Positions 24,232 to 36,263 of a stretch of DNA of 64,000 bases are shown here, one piece after another. The position numbers and the translations under genes were made by a program. A model generated the notes under the pieces. That model was not told where the DNA came from. It did no database searches and worked only from the letters and a program-made list of their open reading frames with translations. This DNA comes from Eledone cirrhosa (Eukaryota). Where the stretch lies: contig OZ024740.1 of assembly GCA_964016885.1 (NCBI GenBank), positions 186,620,001-186,684,000 of the forward strand, given 5' to 3'. Within the stretch, counting starts at the first letter, position 1. Each line of letters begins with the position of its first letter.

Positions 24232-26737
24232 GAAACAGAAGGCAACTTGGAGAAGATCTGGAAGCTGAAAGACCCCTCAGCCAGTAACAGATTCAAAGAT
24301 ATCTTACTCGACACCTATGACAGCAAAGAAGGATAGATAGAGACATTCAATTTCAATGTAGAAGAGCATGGGGAGTTCCTAAAACATAACTTATTGAGGC
24401 AACAGACAAGATTTGTGGTTGGAGCAAGACCACAGGGAGGAGGAGTGTGAGTTGGTGGTGGAACAATAAGGTAGATGAGGCAATTAAGGCTAAGAGACAG
24501 GCATGGCATGAAAAGAATGTAAGAATGGGGGATCCAGGGTACATTACATAGGAACCAGGAGGGAAGCGAGGCGACAAGTATACTTAGCTAGAAGGGAAGC
24601 GGAGGATAGAGAATTCAATCATTTTTTGCAGTGTGAGGACCAGAAACAAGAGGTGTTCAGGATTGCGAGGCAGTGTGTTAGAGAAAATTGTGATGTTATT
24701 GGAGAGAAATGTGTCCGGAATGATAAAGGTGAGTTTACCCTCACAAGTACCAAGAAGAAAGATGTGTGGAAGAGCCATTATGAAAGATTACTAAATAAGG
24801 AGAATGCATGGGAGAAAGAAACCCTACACCAAGTGGACCCTATGGAGGGATCAGCAGCAGCATAGTAAGTAAGGCAATTAAAGATATGAAAACTGGGAAG
24901 GCAACCAGTTCATCGGGTATCGTTGCCGAGATGCTGAAAGCATATTGTTGGTAGGTCACACCATAACTACACATATTGTTAACCAGGTAATCCTAGTGGG
25001 TGTCATACGAAAGGATTGGTGCAGCAGCAACATTGTCAACTGCTACAAGGGTAAAAGATGCACTAGATAGAGGAAACTATAGAGGTATAAAGCTGATGGA
25101 CCAGGTCATGAAGGTAACAGAAAGAGTTATAGCACAGCTGACTAGGGACTGGGTAAAACTAAATGAGATGCAGTTTGGGTTTGTGCCAGGAAAATGTACC
25201 ACTGATGCTCTCTTCCTTGTGAGGCAGTTACAGGAAAAGTACCTAGCTAAAAGTAAGCCACTCTACATGGCATTTGTCGATCTGGAAAAAGCCTTCGACA
25301 GAGTGCCTCATCCTATAATCTGGTGGGCACTTAGAAAACTATGAGTAGATGAATGGCTTGTGAAAGCTGTACAAGGCATGTATAGGGGAGCAGTCAGAAA
25401 AGTTAGGGTTAACAATGACTATATCAAGGAATTTAGCATACCGGTCGGTGTCCACCAGGGTTCTGTTCTTAGCCCTCTCCTGTTTATTATCGTATTGCAG
25501 GCTATAACAGAGGAGTTTAAGACTGGATGCCCATGGGAACTTCTGTACATGGATGATTTTACACTTATAGCTGAATCTATGGTGGAACTATAGAAGAAAT
25601 TCCAAACATGGAAGCAGGGACTAGTAAAAAGGGGTTGCAATGTCAACCTGGTAAAGACTAAGGTCCTTGTAAGTAGACGAGAAAACAGAACCCAGATCCC
25701 ATCAGGGAAATGGCCTTGCTCAGTATGTAGGAAAGGTGTAGGTAGGAATTCCATCCTCTGCCCCAAATGCAAACTGTTGGTGCACAAGAGATGTAGTGGA
25801 ATCTCAGGAAGCTTAGTTAACAATGTAGGCTTTACATGTAGCAGCTGCACCGAGACAGTAAGCAGCAAATGGCCACATGAAACAAGCACTATCAAACTCT
25901 GGGAGGTCTCTGTAGAAACAGTAGAGAGGTTCTGCTACCTAGGTGACCAAATTAGCACCGGAATTGGGTGATCTGAATGTACACTAACCAGGGTAAGAAC
26001 AGGATGGAAGAAGTTCAGGGAGCTACTACCACTGCTAGCTGCAAAAGGCTTTTCCCTCAAAATGAAAGGCAAACTGTATGATGCATGTATATGAACAGCA
26101 ATGTTACATGGTAGTGAGACCTGGGCACTGAATATGGAAGACTTGCGTAGATTAGAAAGAAATGAAGCTTGCATGCTCTGATGGATGTGTAATATTAATA
26201 TATGTGAACGGCAAAGCATAAACGAATTGAGAGAGAGACAGAGCATAAGAGGAATCAAATGCAGTGTGCAGGAGAGGAAGTTGTGTTGGACATGTGATGC
26301 GCATGAAGGATGACAACTGCATAAAAAAGTGCAGAACGCTAAAAGTCGATGGAAGCCTTGGAGTGGAGAGACCTAAGAAGACCTGGGATGAGGTGATAAA
26401 AGCTGACCTTGCCCAATTGTACCTCTCAAAGGTGATGACACAGTACCGAGACCTCTGTAATACAGAAGACCCAATTTCCCACAGATACAAGCCGAAGCTG
26501 AAGCATGTAGATTCTATGCCCCCACCCCCTCCCACTGCAAAGTGGTCTTGGAGGTGTCAAGACAAAAAATGCATCCAGTCCACACTGTAAAGTGGCCATC
26601 TAGTACTCACTGTAAATGCGGTTGGTGTTAGGATCGTTATCCAGCTGTAGAAATCAAGCCCAAATCAGGTCCTGTATGAGCAAGAAATGGTCACCTGACC
26701 TGGTATTGCCCACAACAGGACAACCCGCCTAACCTAT

Positions 26738-26740
<3 letters not shown>
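24232..26740 (+). mobile_element. RTE LINE, 5'-truncated and degenerate, with extended (type B) 3'UTR
   Basis: RIWKLKDP linker; NYRGIKLMDQVMKV; QFGFVPG; FVDLEKAFDRV; GVHQGSVLSPLLF; YMDD; C4HC3 finger; FCYLGD; LHGSETW; multiple stops and frameshifts. Confidence 0.95.
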
Positions 26741-26775
<35 letters not shown>

Positions 26776-26792
26776 ATAGGTTAGGCGGGTTG

Positions 26793-27655
26793 GTAGACAG
26801 CTTCTGCTACTTAGGTGACCGAATTAGCAGCAGAGGTGGGTGTTCAGAAAGTACAATAACTAGGGTAAGTATGTGATGGAAGAAGTTCAGGGAACTACTG
26901 CCACTGCTAGCTGCAAAAGGCTTCTCCCTCAAAATGAAAGGCAGACTGTATGATGCGTGTATCCGAACAGCAATGTTACATGGTAGTGAGACCTGGCCGC
27001 TGAAGGTGGAAGACTTACGTAGATTAGAAAGAAACGAAGCCTGCATGCTCCGATGGATTTGTAATAGTAATATACGTGAACGGCAAAGCATAAATGAATT
27101 GAGAGAGAGACTGAGCATAAGAGGAATCAAATGCTCTGTGCAGGAGAGGCGGTTGCATTGGTATGTGATGCGTATGAAGGATGATAGCTGCTTAAACGGT
27201 GCAGAGCACTAGAAGTCAATGGAAACCGTGGAGTGGGGAGACCCAAGAAGACCTGGGATGAAGTGATAAAAGCCGACCTTACCCAATTACACCTCTCAAA
27301 GGCGATGACACGACCATGACCTCTGGCATCACGCAGTAATACAGAGTACCCGACCTCCCATGGATACAAGCTGAAGCATATAGACAACTGCAAAGTGGTC
27401 GTGGAGGTGCCATGGCAAAAAAGCACCCAGCCCACACCCTAAAGTGGACGTGTAGGCGCCACGGAAAAAAGCACCCAGCACTCACTGTAAATGAGGTTGC
27501 TGTTAGGAAGGGCATCCAGCTGTAGAAATCAGGCCAAAATCACTTCCTGTATGAGCAAGGTATGGTCAGCCGACCAGACACTGCCCACATCAGGAAAACC
27601 CGTCTAACCCTTGCTAACATGGAAGAACAGATGTAAAACTGTGATGGTGATGATA
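26793..27655 (+). mobile_element. Second RTE 3' fragment (type B 3'UTR) in tandem
   Basis: FCYLGD..MKGRLYDACIRTAMLHGSETW..QERRLHWY; 3'UTR and TGA tail; a diverged paralogue of 25930-26740. Confidence 0.92.
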
Positions 27656-28173
27656 ACTGTATATATATATATTGCATTATAAATATGAATTTTTACATTC
27701 CTGGGTTTGTTTTGCCTTATTTGTTCAACTATATATATATCATCAACATCATGATTATATATGTATATATATAATGATGGGGTGGTCATGGATGGAATGC
27801 CTTTTAATCTTAGGAGTAAAGTAACAAGGTCTAAAGAACAACAACAACTGACTGGCTGTTCTGATTTGAGTTAAAGTGGTGCCTTTTAAATCTTAAATCC
27901 TTCATCTGTGATAAAATTTAACACTAATTCAAGTCTTTGGATGATTTTAGCAAAGTCCACTCATTTGCAAGAACTCGGGCAAGGTCTCCAATTTGAGGAT
28001 GCCTTTACCCTTCGCCTCACCCATCTTGGAAGCTCTGAAAAGTATCATGAGCACGGCCTGTTATCTTGACTAAGTGATTAAATATTATTTAAACATTCTT
28101 CCCAATACATTATTACTTTTCTGGCAATTCCTTTAGTTGATTCTCTGCCTGCATTCCTATATTTTCTACTTAC

Positions 28174-28590
28174 ATCAAGAATATTTTTTTTAGAATTTCT
28201 CTTTGAATGCACTCTCATTTTCTTTTCTATTCTTTTCTCTTTATTGCAGATAATTTCCCACTTCGCAGGTTCTTTTGCTGTCCTTTACATAATATCTTTT
28301 CTCTATTTAACACTCCAGTATTTCCATTGTCTCTTTCTAATGAGGTATTCACACATGAATCCAATTTATTTGTTGCTTTTAAATTGATATAGTCTTTCTA
28401 TTTAGAATTCTCTGGATGCACCCTTTTTTTACAAGTGCAGTTTTCTTTATTACTTCATATTTATCATTCTCCAAGTTCCAAGGCAGACAAGCGAGAGCAA
28501 TGTTTTGGGATGTTATTCAAAACATCTTTTAGTACAAGTATTTTATGAGTGTATGCTATCGTTTTCAATGTCAACCATTTAATCTTATAT
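28174..28590 (-). other. Candidate host exon (UTR-like or first coding exon)
   Basis: Minus-strand acceptor tttcttgtgtttcag| at 28590 and donor GAT|GTAAGT at 28173; unique purine-rich sequence; no frame is open throughout (possible start MRVHSKRNSKKNILD). Confidence 0.25.
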
Positions 28591-28881
28591 CTGAAACACA
28601 AGAAACAACGAGACTGGAACTTGTTTCCTAAATTAGAAAATTAAGCTGGCAATGTAATTTATTTGAAAGATGTAGCACAATACTCTGCAACAACAGAAAA
28701 CAGTTTATACTGTTTTTTTGTTTTTTTTGTCTATTTTATTCTTTCAATGCATTCTTTTCACCAGACAAGATAATCCTTAGAAACCTGAAGCTGGTCTTGT
28801 TTTTATGCCAATTTTCTATTCTCTATTCTGGAAACAGACAAAGCCAAAATTATTTGTGACAAGATGAGTGTCTTGATATGG

Positions 28882-30413
28882 ATTATTATTATTATTATTA
28901 TAGTTGCATTTATCTTGCTTTATGTTCATACGAGTTATCACCAAGTCACAAACAGTGACCTCAAGAGACAACAAGGTCCGCCATGTTCAAGAAAGAACAT
29001 ACATACACACACATGCATCTTTAGGTGTTTAGACTTGTGATGCACTTATATTGACAGAATCTTCCTTAGTATATGGGCAGTTCCCATTAGTACTATCTTT
29101 TGTATTTCTCCTATACGCAGGTTTCCTGGTATTTGCGATAAGTAATCATTAGACCCCTTAGGTATCATTCCTAGAGCGCCTACAACCACTGGTATTGTTT
29201 TAGTTCTCAATTTCCACATTTTTCCAATTTCTATCTCCAGGTCCTTATACTTGCTCAATTTTTCAAATGTTTTTATAGATACATTCTTGTCTATTGGAAC
29301 GGACATATCAATTAGCAGGCATACCCTCTTTTTAAAGTCCTTCAGTATTATATCAGGTCTATTTGCATCTATTTTTCGGTCTGTTTGGATGCTAAAGTTC
29401 CACAAGATTGAGATGTGATCTTTTTCAAGTATGGGAGGTGGTTGATGCTCCCACCAAGACTTTTGATGGGACAGGTCAAAATGCTTACACATAATCCAAT
29501 GTATGTATTGTGCAGCTCTGTCATGCCTGTTTAGGTATTCGGTTGGAGCTATAGGACTGCACATTGAAATTATATGATCATCAATGGTCTCTGGTTGTTT
29601 TTTACATACACGGCATAATGGGCTGCATCCATTTTTTATTATGTTGGCTTGGTAATTTTTTGTTGGCAGACACTGATCTTGTGCTGATATAATCAGTCCT
29701 TCAGTCTCCGATTTAAGTCCAGAGGATGCCAACCACTGATGGGGTAAAGTTTTGTCAACATCAGGATTGTTAGCTCTTTCTGAATATTTTCCATACAGAG
29801 GCTTTTCTTGCCATTTCTTAGCCAGTTTCTGTAGCAGTTCTTTCTTTGCAGTTACTTTTACCAGCTTTGCTTTTTCTGTGTTTTCCATTTCAGCAGTAAA
29901 TGGGACTTCTGAAATTTGTAGTCCATTACTGTATCTTTGTGCATCTTTTGTAATGGAATATGATCTTTTGATGCTTTCGTGTTTCAAAACGAGTTTGATC
30001 ATCCAATCATGTGATTCCCTTAAATATGTAGATAATCCAATTGTTGCAGTTTTCAACGCAATGTCTAACTGGATTAACCCACGTCCTCCTTCTTTCCTAG
30101 GGAGATATATTCTATCTATATCTGCCTTAGGGTGATGCATTCTGTGCATGGTTAAGAATTTTCTAATTTTTGTATCGAGCCTACGGATCTCTGTGCTTGA
30201 CCAGTTCATGACATTGTAACTGTAGGTTACTACTGGTATGGCAAGCGTGTTTATGGCATCGATCCTATTCCTTGCATTCAATTCCGTTCTTAAGATTGCT
30301 CTTACTCTGCGGTAACATTCCCTCCTTATCCTTTCCCTCATTGTTGAGTGCTTGATTCCGTCTCCTTCACAAACACCTAGATATTTGTAAGTTTCCTCTT
30401 GAACAAGTTCTTC
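28882..30413 (-). mobile_element. R4/Dong-clade retrotransposon copy 1 (5'-truncated, young)
   Basis: Uninterrupted ORF from YKYLG through the thumb, CCHC knuckle and RLE; short 3'UTR ending in a (TAA)n tail at 28882-28900. Confidence 0.92.
29046..30341 (-). CDS. C-terminal 431 aa of an R4/Dong-type RT-thumb/zinc-knuckle/restriction-like endonuclease protein (truncated TE ORF)
   Basis: HPKADIDRIYLPRKEGGRGL; ETEGLIISAQDQ; CRVC..ETIDDHIISMC; YLNRHD; RPDIILKD..LIDMSVP..KLSKY; PVVVGALG. Confidence 0.9.
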   Translation of the reverse strand: MRERIRRECYRRVRAILRTELNARNRIDAINTLAIPVVTYSYNVMNWSSTEIRRLDTKIRKFLTMHRMHHPKADIDRIYLPRKEGGRGLIQLDIALKTATIGLSTYLRESHDWMIKLVLKHESIKRSYSITKDAQRYSNGLQISEVPFTAEMENTEKAKLVKVTAKKELLQKLAKKWQEKPLYGKYSERANNPDVDKTLPHQWLASSGLKSETEGLIISAQDQCLPTKNYQANIIKNGCSPLCRVCKKQPETIDDHIISMCSPIAPTEYLNRHDRAAQYIHWIMCKHFDLSHQKSWWEHQPPPILEKDHISILWNFSIQTDRKIDANRPDIILKDFKKRVCLLIDMSVPIDKNVSIKTFEKLSKYKDLEIEIGKMWKLRTKTIPVVVGALGMIPKGSNDYLSQIPGNLRIGEIQKIVLMGTAHILRKILSI

Positions 30414-30418
30414 TTCTT

Positions 30419-30596
30419 AGTTATGTCCCTTTACGATCTGAGTTCAAATCCCGCCGAGGTTGACTTTGCCTTTCATCCTTACGGGGTCGATAAAATAAAG
30501 TACCAGTAATGCACTGGTGTATTGCTGGCCTTGTGCCTAAAGTAGAAACAATTATTATTATTATTATTATTATTATTCTTCTTCTTATTATTATTA
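30419..30596 (+). mobile_element. 5'-truncated Meta-domain-like SINE with (ATT)n tail
   Basis: gagttcaaatcccgccgaggttgactttgcctttcatcc..gaaacaattattatt. Confidence 0.88.
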
Positions 30597-30657
30597 CAGG
30601 GTAGAGAGGGAAGTGCTCTCTTCCCAGCTTTTTGTTGAAAGATGGGTGAGAGAGGCA

Positions 30658-33600
30658 TTATCATTATTATTATTATTGTTCTTTGAGTCTCAGTCATTGA
30701 TGTTATTTAACTGGAAAGTTTGTTGAAATGAATATTAAGCTGCTTACCTTCAGCCTCAGATATTAAGGACGTATCGGAGGGTTCTTGCTGTTCCCAGCAA
30801 GCATGCCTTTTGAAGTGTTCCAAAAAGCGGGGCTGGACTAATCTTCATTAAACATCCTTGGAAACTCTTTGAAATAGCACCTAGTGTGCCTATGACAATC
30901 GGGACGACCTTGACTTCATGGCAGTTCCAAATCCTTTTTAACTCCCACTTTAAGTCCTGGTATCGGTTAATTTTCTCCCTCTCCCTTTCTTGTACTCTTG
31001 TGTCAAATGGGCAGACTGCATCTACAATCAGGCACAATCTTTTTTCCTTGTCCAAAACCACCAGGTCAGGCCTATTGTGTTCTAATTTCTTGTCCGTCTG
31101 TATGCTAAAATCCCATAGCACCTTCACCTGATCGTTTTCTATCACCGACTCTGGCTTATGCTCAAATCAATTCCCAGAATGTGGTAAATTGTTTACTTTG
31201 CCAAGATGCCAGTGGATCACCCTACCTATCACATCATGTCTCCAGCCTTTATAGTGAGTCTGGGCACGGTGTTTACACTCGGATACAATGTGAGCCACAG
31301 TCTCCTCTCTCTCTCTCCACACATCCTACACAGTGAGCCAGCCTCTTCCTTGTAAATATGGCGTTTCACCCACTTTGTTCTGAGGGCTTGCTCTTGCGAA
31401 GCCATTAGCATTCCTTCTGTAGCTTTTTTAAGGTCTCCTCTTTTTAACCAGTTCTGTGGATCTCTAAATTCAGTTTTCCTAAAAAGGTACTATGAAGGGA
31501 TTTTTCATGAAGGTTGCTCTTCCTCCTTGTTGTTATTTCCTCCTTGGACATCCCCTTGTCTATTGTCCTCCCCTTCAGTACAATTTTGAGCATTGGCTGC
31601 CTACTGTCAATCACGTATTTGTGCAGGTTGTTTTTCTCCATCTGAACACAGTCCTCTATGCTGATAAGTCTTCCTATCCATTTCTTTTTGTTCAGCCACA
31701 TTCCATTTCAGAATTTCCGCATTGTACCTGATAATAGACACAGCTCGGGAATTCACTGCACTTATGACATTCCTACTATTTAGATGTGATTTTAATACGC
31801 TCCTTACTCTCCTTATGTATTCAGATCTTATCAATTCCTTCATATTTTTGTTCTTGGTGTCATCTGCCTCCAGATCACTTAATTATTTGTATCCCCCTTC
31901 AGTGTCAATTTCCTTTATCATCTCACCTGTTGGTACCTGGATTCCATTGCTTCTGCTCAATTTACCCCCTCTGCATCACTAGGACTCCACACTTATTAAA
32001 AACAAATTCCATACATATATCATTGCTGAAAATACGGACAGTGTCAACAAGTACATCCAACTCCTTCTCACTCTTCTCAAAGAGTTTAAGATCGTCCATG
32101 AAGAGGAGGTGGTTGATGGTAAGCTCTCCTTTTCCCAACTTGTATCCTGCTCAACAAATGTCTGATGTTATCTCCCACCTTGAAGATCTCTAGGCTTTTG
32201 GTTATCCAGGAATGAGGTACCATGTTGAATGCCTTTTTGTAATCTATCCATCCCATGGCAAGACCAGTGTGCCTCCTCTTGCAATTCCTCATTACCATCT
32301 TATCAATAAGTAACTGGTCTTTTGTACCACGGGACTTCTTTTGGCATCCTTTCTGTTTGTCCGGTAGCAAGTTGTTTATGTGGAGGTGATGGTAGATTTC
32401 CTCAGACACAATGCTTGTTAACAGTTTCCACATTATGGACAGACATGTGATAGGCCTATAGTTGGTAACATCATTACCCTTTAATCGGTCTTTCATTACC
32501 AGAACTGTGGGACCTTTTGTCAACCACTCTGGTACCTCACCCAACATCAAGCAGTCATTGAACATAGTTGTCAGTTTCGGGTGGAGGGATGTTATGTTTT
32601 TAATCCAATACCCTTGAACACCATCTGGGCCTGGTGATTTCCAGTTGGTTAATTTTTAGGCCTGCCCTTTAAGAGTTTCAACTGTGATACTCAAATCAGG
32701 TTGTTGGTGTGCCTGTTTACTAATCTCCTTTTGAACTGTCTCAATCCACACTGCCTGACCATTATGTTCAAAATCCTGCTCCCATATTCCTCTCCAGAAT
32801 GTCTTAGTCTGTTCTGCCTCAGGGATCACGTTGTTGCCTCTTTCTTTCCCTTCAAGCTGTCCAAACAACATCTTCTGGTTGTTGTCAAACATGCGGTTCT
32901 GTCTATACTGACTGACTCTGTTCTCGTATCGCCTAATCTTTGCACTTTTTGCTATAATGCGTTGCTTCAGTTCCTCAATGATAATATTTAGCTTTTTCCC
33001 CCTAGTTTTGTATTTTATTTCCAGTCTATCATTAATGTCTATGTTTTGTAATGTCCCATTCAGTAAGGACTCAAGCTTTCCAATGTCTTTTCTCATTTCC
33101 TTGATTTGACCATTCAGTCGTTTCTTCCATAAAGGTTCTGATCTTTCTTGTTTGTTGTTTCCTCTCGTTTTTATGCCAAGTAATTTCCTCACTGCATTTG
33201 TGGTTGCTTTGAGGATATTGTTGCATTGGTGAAGGTTCCTCGCCTCAAGGTATGGGATGACTTTGTTTACCTTAGCTGTTGTTTCTTTTAACTTTTTCCT
33301 GTCTACAAATCTTAGGTTCATAGGTTTTCCACTATCATTATTCATTTCATCTAAGTTCAGGATATCAACCAAATCTTGTCCCAGCCCGTCAGCATTCATT
33401 TCCTCAATGGCCGTATCTTTGTTCCAGATGTTATTTATTTCAGCATTCAGATCATTGCCTGCTTTGGATGCTTCCTCAGGTCTCTCAACCTCTTCACCTT
33501 CATTTCCCACTGGCTCGTTTGCCTGACATACTCCACTCTCTATTTCCAACTTAATCTCTCAGCTCAGTTCCTCCAGTTCCAACTCGCTTACCCATCCATT

Positions 33601-34002
33601 AGTTCTTATTACCCGAGCGTGCCCGGCCAATTTTTGTTCATCTAATTTAAATAGACCAATCACGTTCCAGATGTTATGCATCCGTTTCCTATAGCCTTTT
33701 TCCATGGGGTTAATCTTCAGGTAGCATTTCATGACAGTTCTATTCAATTCTTTCGTCCAGTTGGTTCTTGTCCCTTTCCTTCTTCTTCTTCCTCCAACAC
33801 CAGTAGTATTTGGATGACAACCAGGTCCCTGCTGCTGGGCCAGGGAGCACTTTTAAGGTGAGAGTCTTTCACATGACGTTCCAGTCTCCTTTTCATCGTT
33901 ATTCAAACTGTTTAGGTTCGACATTTAAACACTCATATCGAGGATTGATGAATGTATGGTTACATAACCACCGGTGATTTTAGCGTGGCACCATCACGCT
34001 GT
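30658..34002 (-). mobile_element. R4/Dong-clade retrotransposon copy 2, near full length, degenerate
   Basis: N-terminus WTKELNRTVMKCY..KGYRKRMHNIW..EQKLAGHARVI; SPGPDG; YRPITCL; WIDYKKAF; HLLFMDDLKL; CRMC knuckle; RPDLVVLD..KINRY; (TAA)n tail at 30658-30682. Internal deletions remove the QGD motif and the HPRADVDRLY segment. Confidence 0.92.
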
Positions 34003-34299
34003 AGACGAACATAAATAAATAAACAAATATATAGATAAAAACTTTAAAAAATAAACATAAGTTTCATTGTAATGTTTAAATGTCTGACTTAGTTTTTTTC
34101 TTTTTTTTTTTTTCAAGGCCAGTAACATCGGTTACTAGTGTTGTTGTTGTTGTTGTTGCTGCTGCTGCTGTTTTTGATTTTAGCTACGAGGAAAGTAGGG
34201 GTTGTTGCGTTCAAAACTTTTGAAATTTGTTTTTCTTTTGCTGTTGCGTTTGTTTTTGTCTGTTCTGTTCTGTAATTTTTCGACTTGTTGCTTCAGTAA

Positions 34300-34473
34300 T
34301 GGTAGAGGATTGGCTGCCGTGTTTGACGCATAGAGTTACAGCCCTTGCCATTCTGAGTTCAAATCCCGCCGAGGTTAACTTTGCCTTTCATCCTTACGGG
34401 GTCGATAAAATAAAGGACCAGTAATGCACTGGATATTTGCTGGCCTTGTGTCAAAAGTAGAAACAATTAATAT
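34300..34473 (+). mobile_element. Meta-domain-like SINE
   Basis: B box, Meta-like core and tail match the family. Confidence 0.85.
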
Positions 34474-35049
34474 TATTTGACTTCGTTTAAACTAAACATT
34501 TTGAGAGAGTTTAGAGATACAACAACAATAATGATTATGGTGTTGTTGTTAGCTGTTTGACAGGGTCACTAAATCAGTCTATTTATATCTTTTGGTGTCT
34601 TCCTTGTTTCTAGTCATGTGTAGTGGCACTACTACCTTCCCTCTCTTAACAGGAGGTAGTGAGGGAATAGTGGTGGTAGTGATGATGCAGTGGTGACGGT
34701 GGTGATGGGATAGTAGTACTGTAGTGATGGTGTTTTTGCTGCTGTTGGTTTGTATCTAGCTAAATTTTCTATGGTAGTGGTGGTGGTGATGGCGGTGGTG
34801 GTGGTGTTGGTGATGAAATTATTTGGCTGTTATTTTCTTCTATTTGTGACCATTTTCTATTTTGACTATAACATTTCTGATACAAAATTAAATATTGGAG
34901 CTCTATGCCATAGTGTTATGCGTTGTCACTTCCTGAGAGTTAAGACTGGTATCTTATGTCCCATTTGTAATAAGAATTATTCTATCACAATTGTTTTAAA
35001 TATGTAAAATATCAAAAACTTACGGGAGCGATTCCATAACACTCTATCC

Positions 35050-36028
35050 TCCATGTGCGTACTCTTCCGGGCCCACGTGGAGGAGGCGCAACGTGGTTAT
35101 AAAACCACAATTCGGTCTTTGGCGGACCGAGACGGACACAACATAACCGATTCCAAGCGGATGTGTGAGGCCTTTCGCCAGCATTTTGCTCCGTTGTTCG
35201 GGGAGAGTGGCAAGTCAGAGAGAGTAGCGGATTTCAGTCCCTACCTTGACGGCTTGCGAGCCGGGGATGATGGACAATTTCCAGAAATCCCTCGCTTGCA
35301 GTGCTACCGGGGGCAGTGCCAGTTCGGGATAAACTCTACAGGCACGGAAGTGCTGTCAGACGGACCTGCCCAAGATGCACACAGAGCGACGAAACCGTTC
35401 TGCACGCACTTGTCCAATGTCCGTGCATTACTGACTTGTGGAGTTATGTCGAACAGCTACTGTTGCGTGTGGAATGGATCCGGCTATCGGCCGAGTCCAT
35501 AGTGAAGATCGACCCGCTGCCTTCTTTAGGTCAGAAAGAGTAGGCAATTTTCCTCTGTCTGGTGGCTGTTGCGGAAGAGGTTTTATGGTGGACCAGATTA
35601 AAAGAACTGAAGACAGACACTTCCTCATCAACTTCTTCAAGTTTCACATGGAGAGGGAGGTGAGGGTGGAGAGAGAAGTGCTGCCCCGCAGTACATTTGC
35701 TAAATGGTGGATGAATGTGGCGAGAATGTCCCGTGTGAATAGGCCTACTCTGACCATGCGCCTATAGGCTAGCTAACTTGAGGAGAGGGGTGCTCTCCCT
35801 GGGTGTCCTAGAAGCGCAGGGTGGTTCAGGATTGGTGGGGTACCTGAGTCACCCCTGGGTCGTCCATCCCCTATTGGCGAATTTATTTTGTTATATTTAT
35901 GCATAGTTTATTTTATATTTTTTTATATTTTTTCATTGTTAAATTAGTCTTGCCTTTGTGCACTTTTACTCGACCTTATTGTAAACAGCCACTGTCCCTG
36001 CCTTTGTACTGTCCCTTACATGTCAGCC
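35050..36028 (+). mobile_element. Tx1/L1-like element with internal RT deletion
   Basis: Linker KTTIRSLADRDGHNITDSKRMCEAFRQHFAPLF fused at about 35260 to the zf-RVT region PVRDKLYRHG..CPRC..ETVLHALVQC..LW; C-terminus ..RPTLTMRL*; T-rich 3'UTR. Confidence 0.8.
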
Positions 36029-36210
36029 CGGTGGATTGGCAGTATCGGTAAAGAGTTGGACGCCATGCTTTCCAGCATAGTTACGTCCATTTACTGTCTG
36101 AGTTCAAATCCCACCGAGGTTAACTTTGCCTTTAATCCTTACGGGGTCGATAAAATAAAGTACAAGTAATGTACTGGGTAATTGCTTGCCTTGTGCCAAA
36201 ACTAGAAACA

Positions 36211-36262
<52 letters not shown>
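36029..36262 (+). mobile_element. Meta-domain-like SINE with long (ATT)n tail
   Basis: ggtggattggcagtatcggt..gagttcaaatcc..gaaacaatt(att)n. Confidence 0.88.

Positions 36263-36263
<1 letters not shown>

Noticed and set aside
25930-27655. Recent tandem segmental duplication of the RTE 3' end
   Set aside because: The two copies differ by many substitutions and indels; independent family members explain them equally well.
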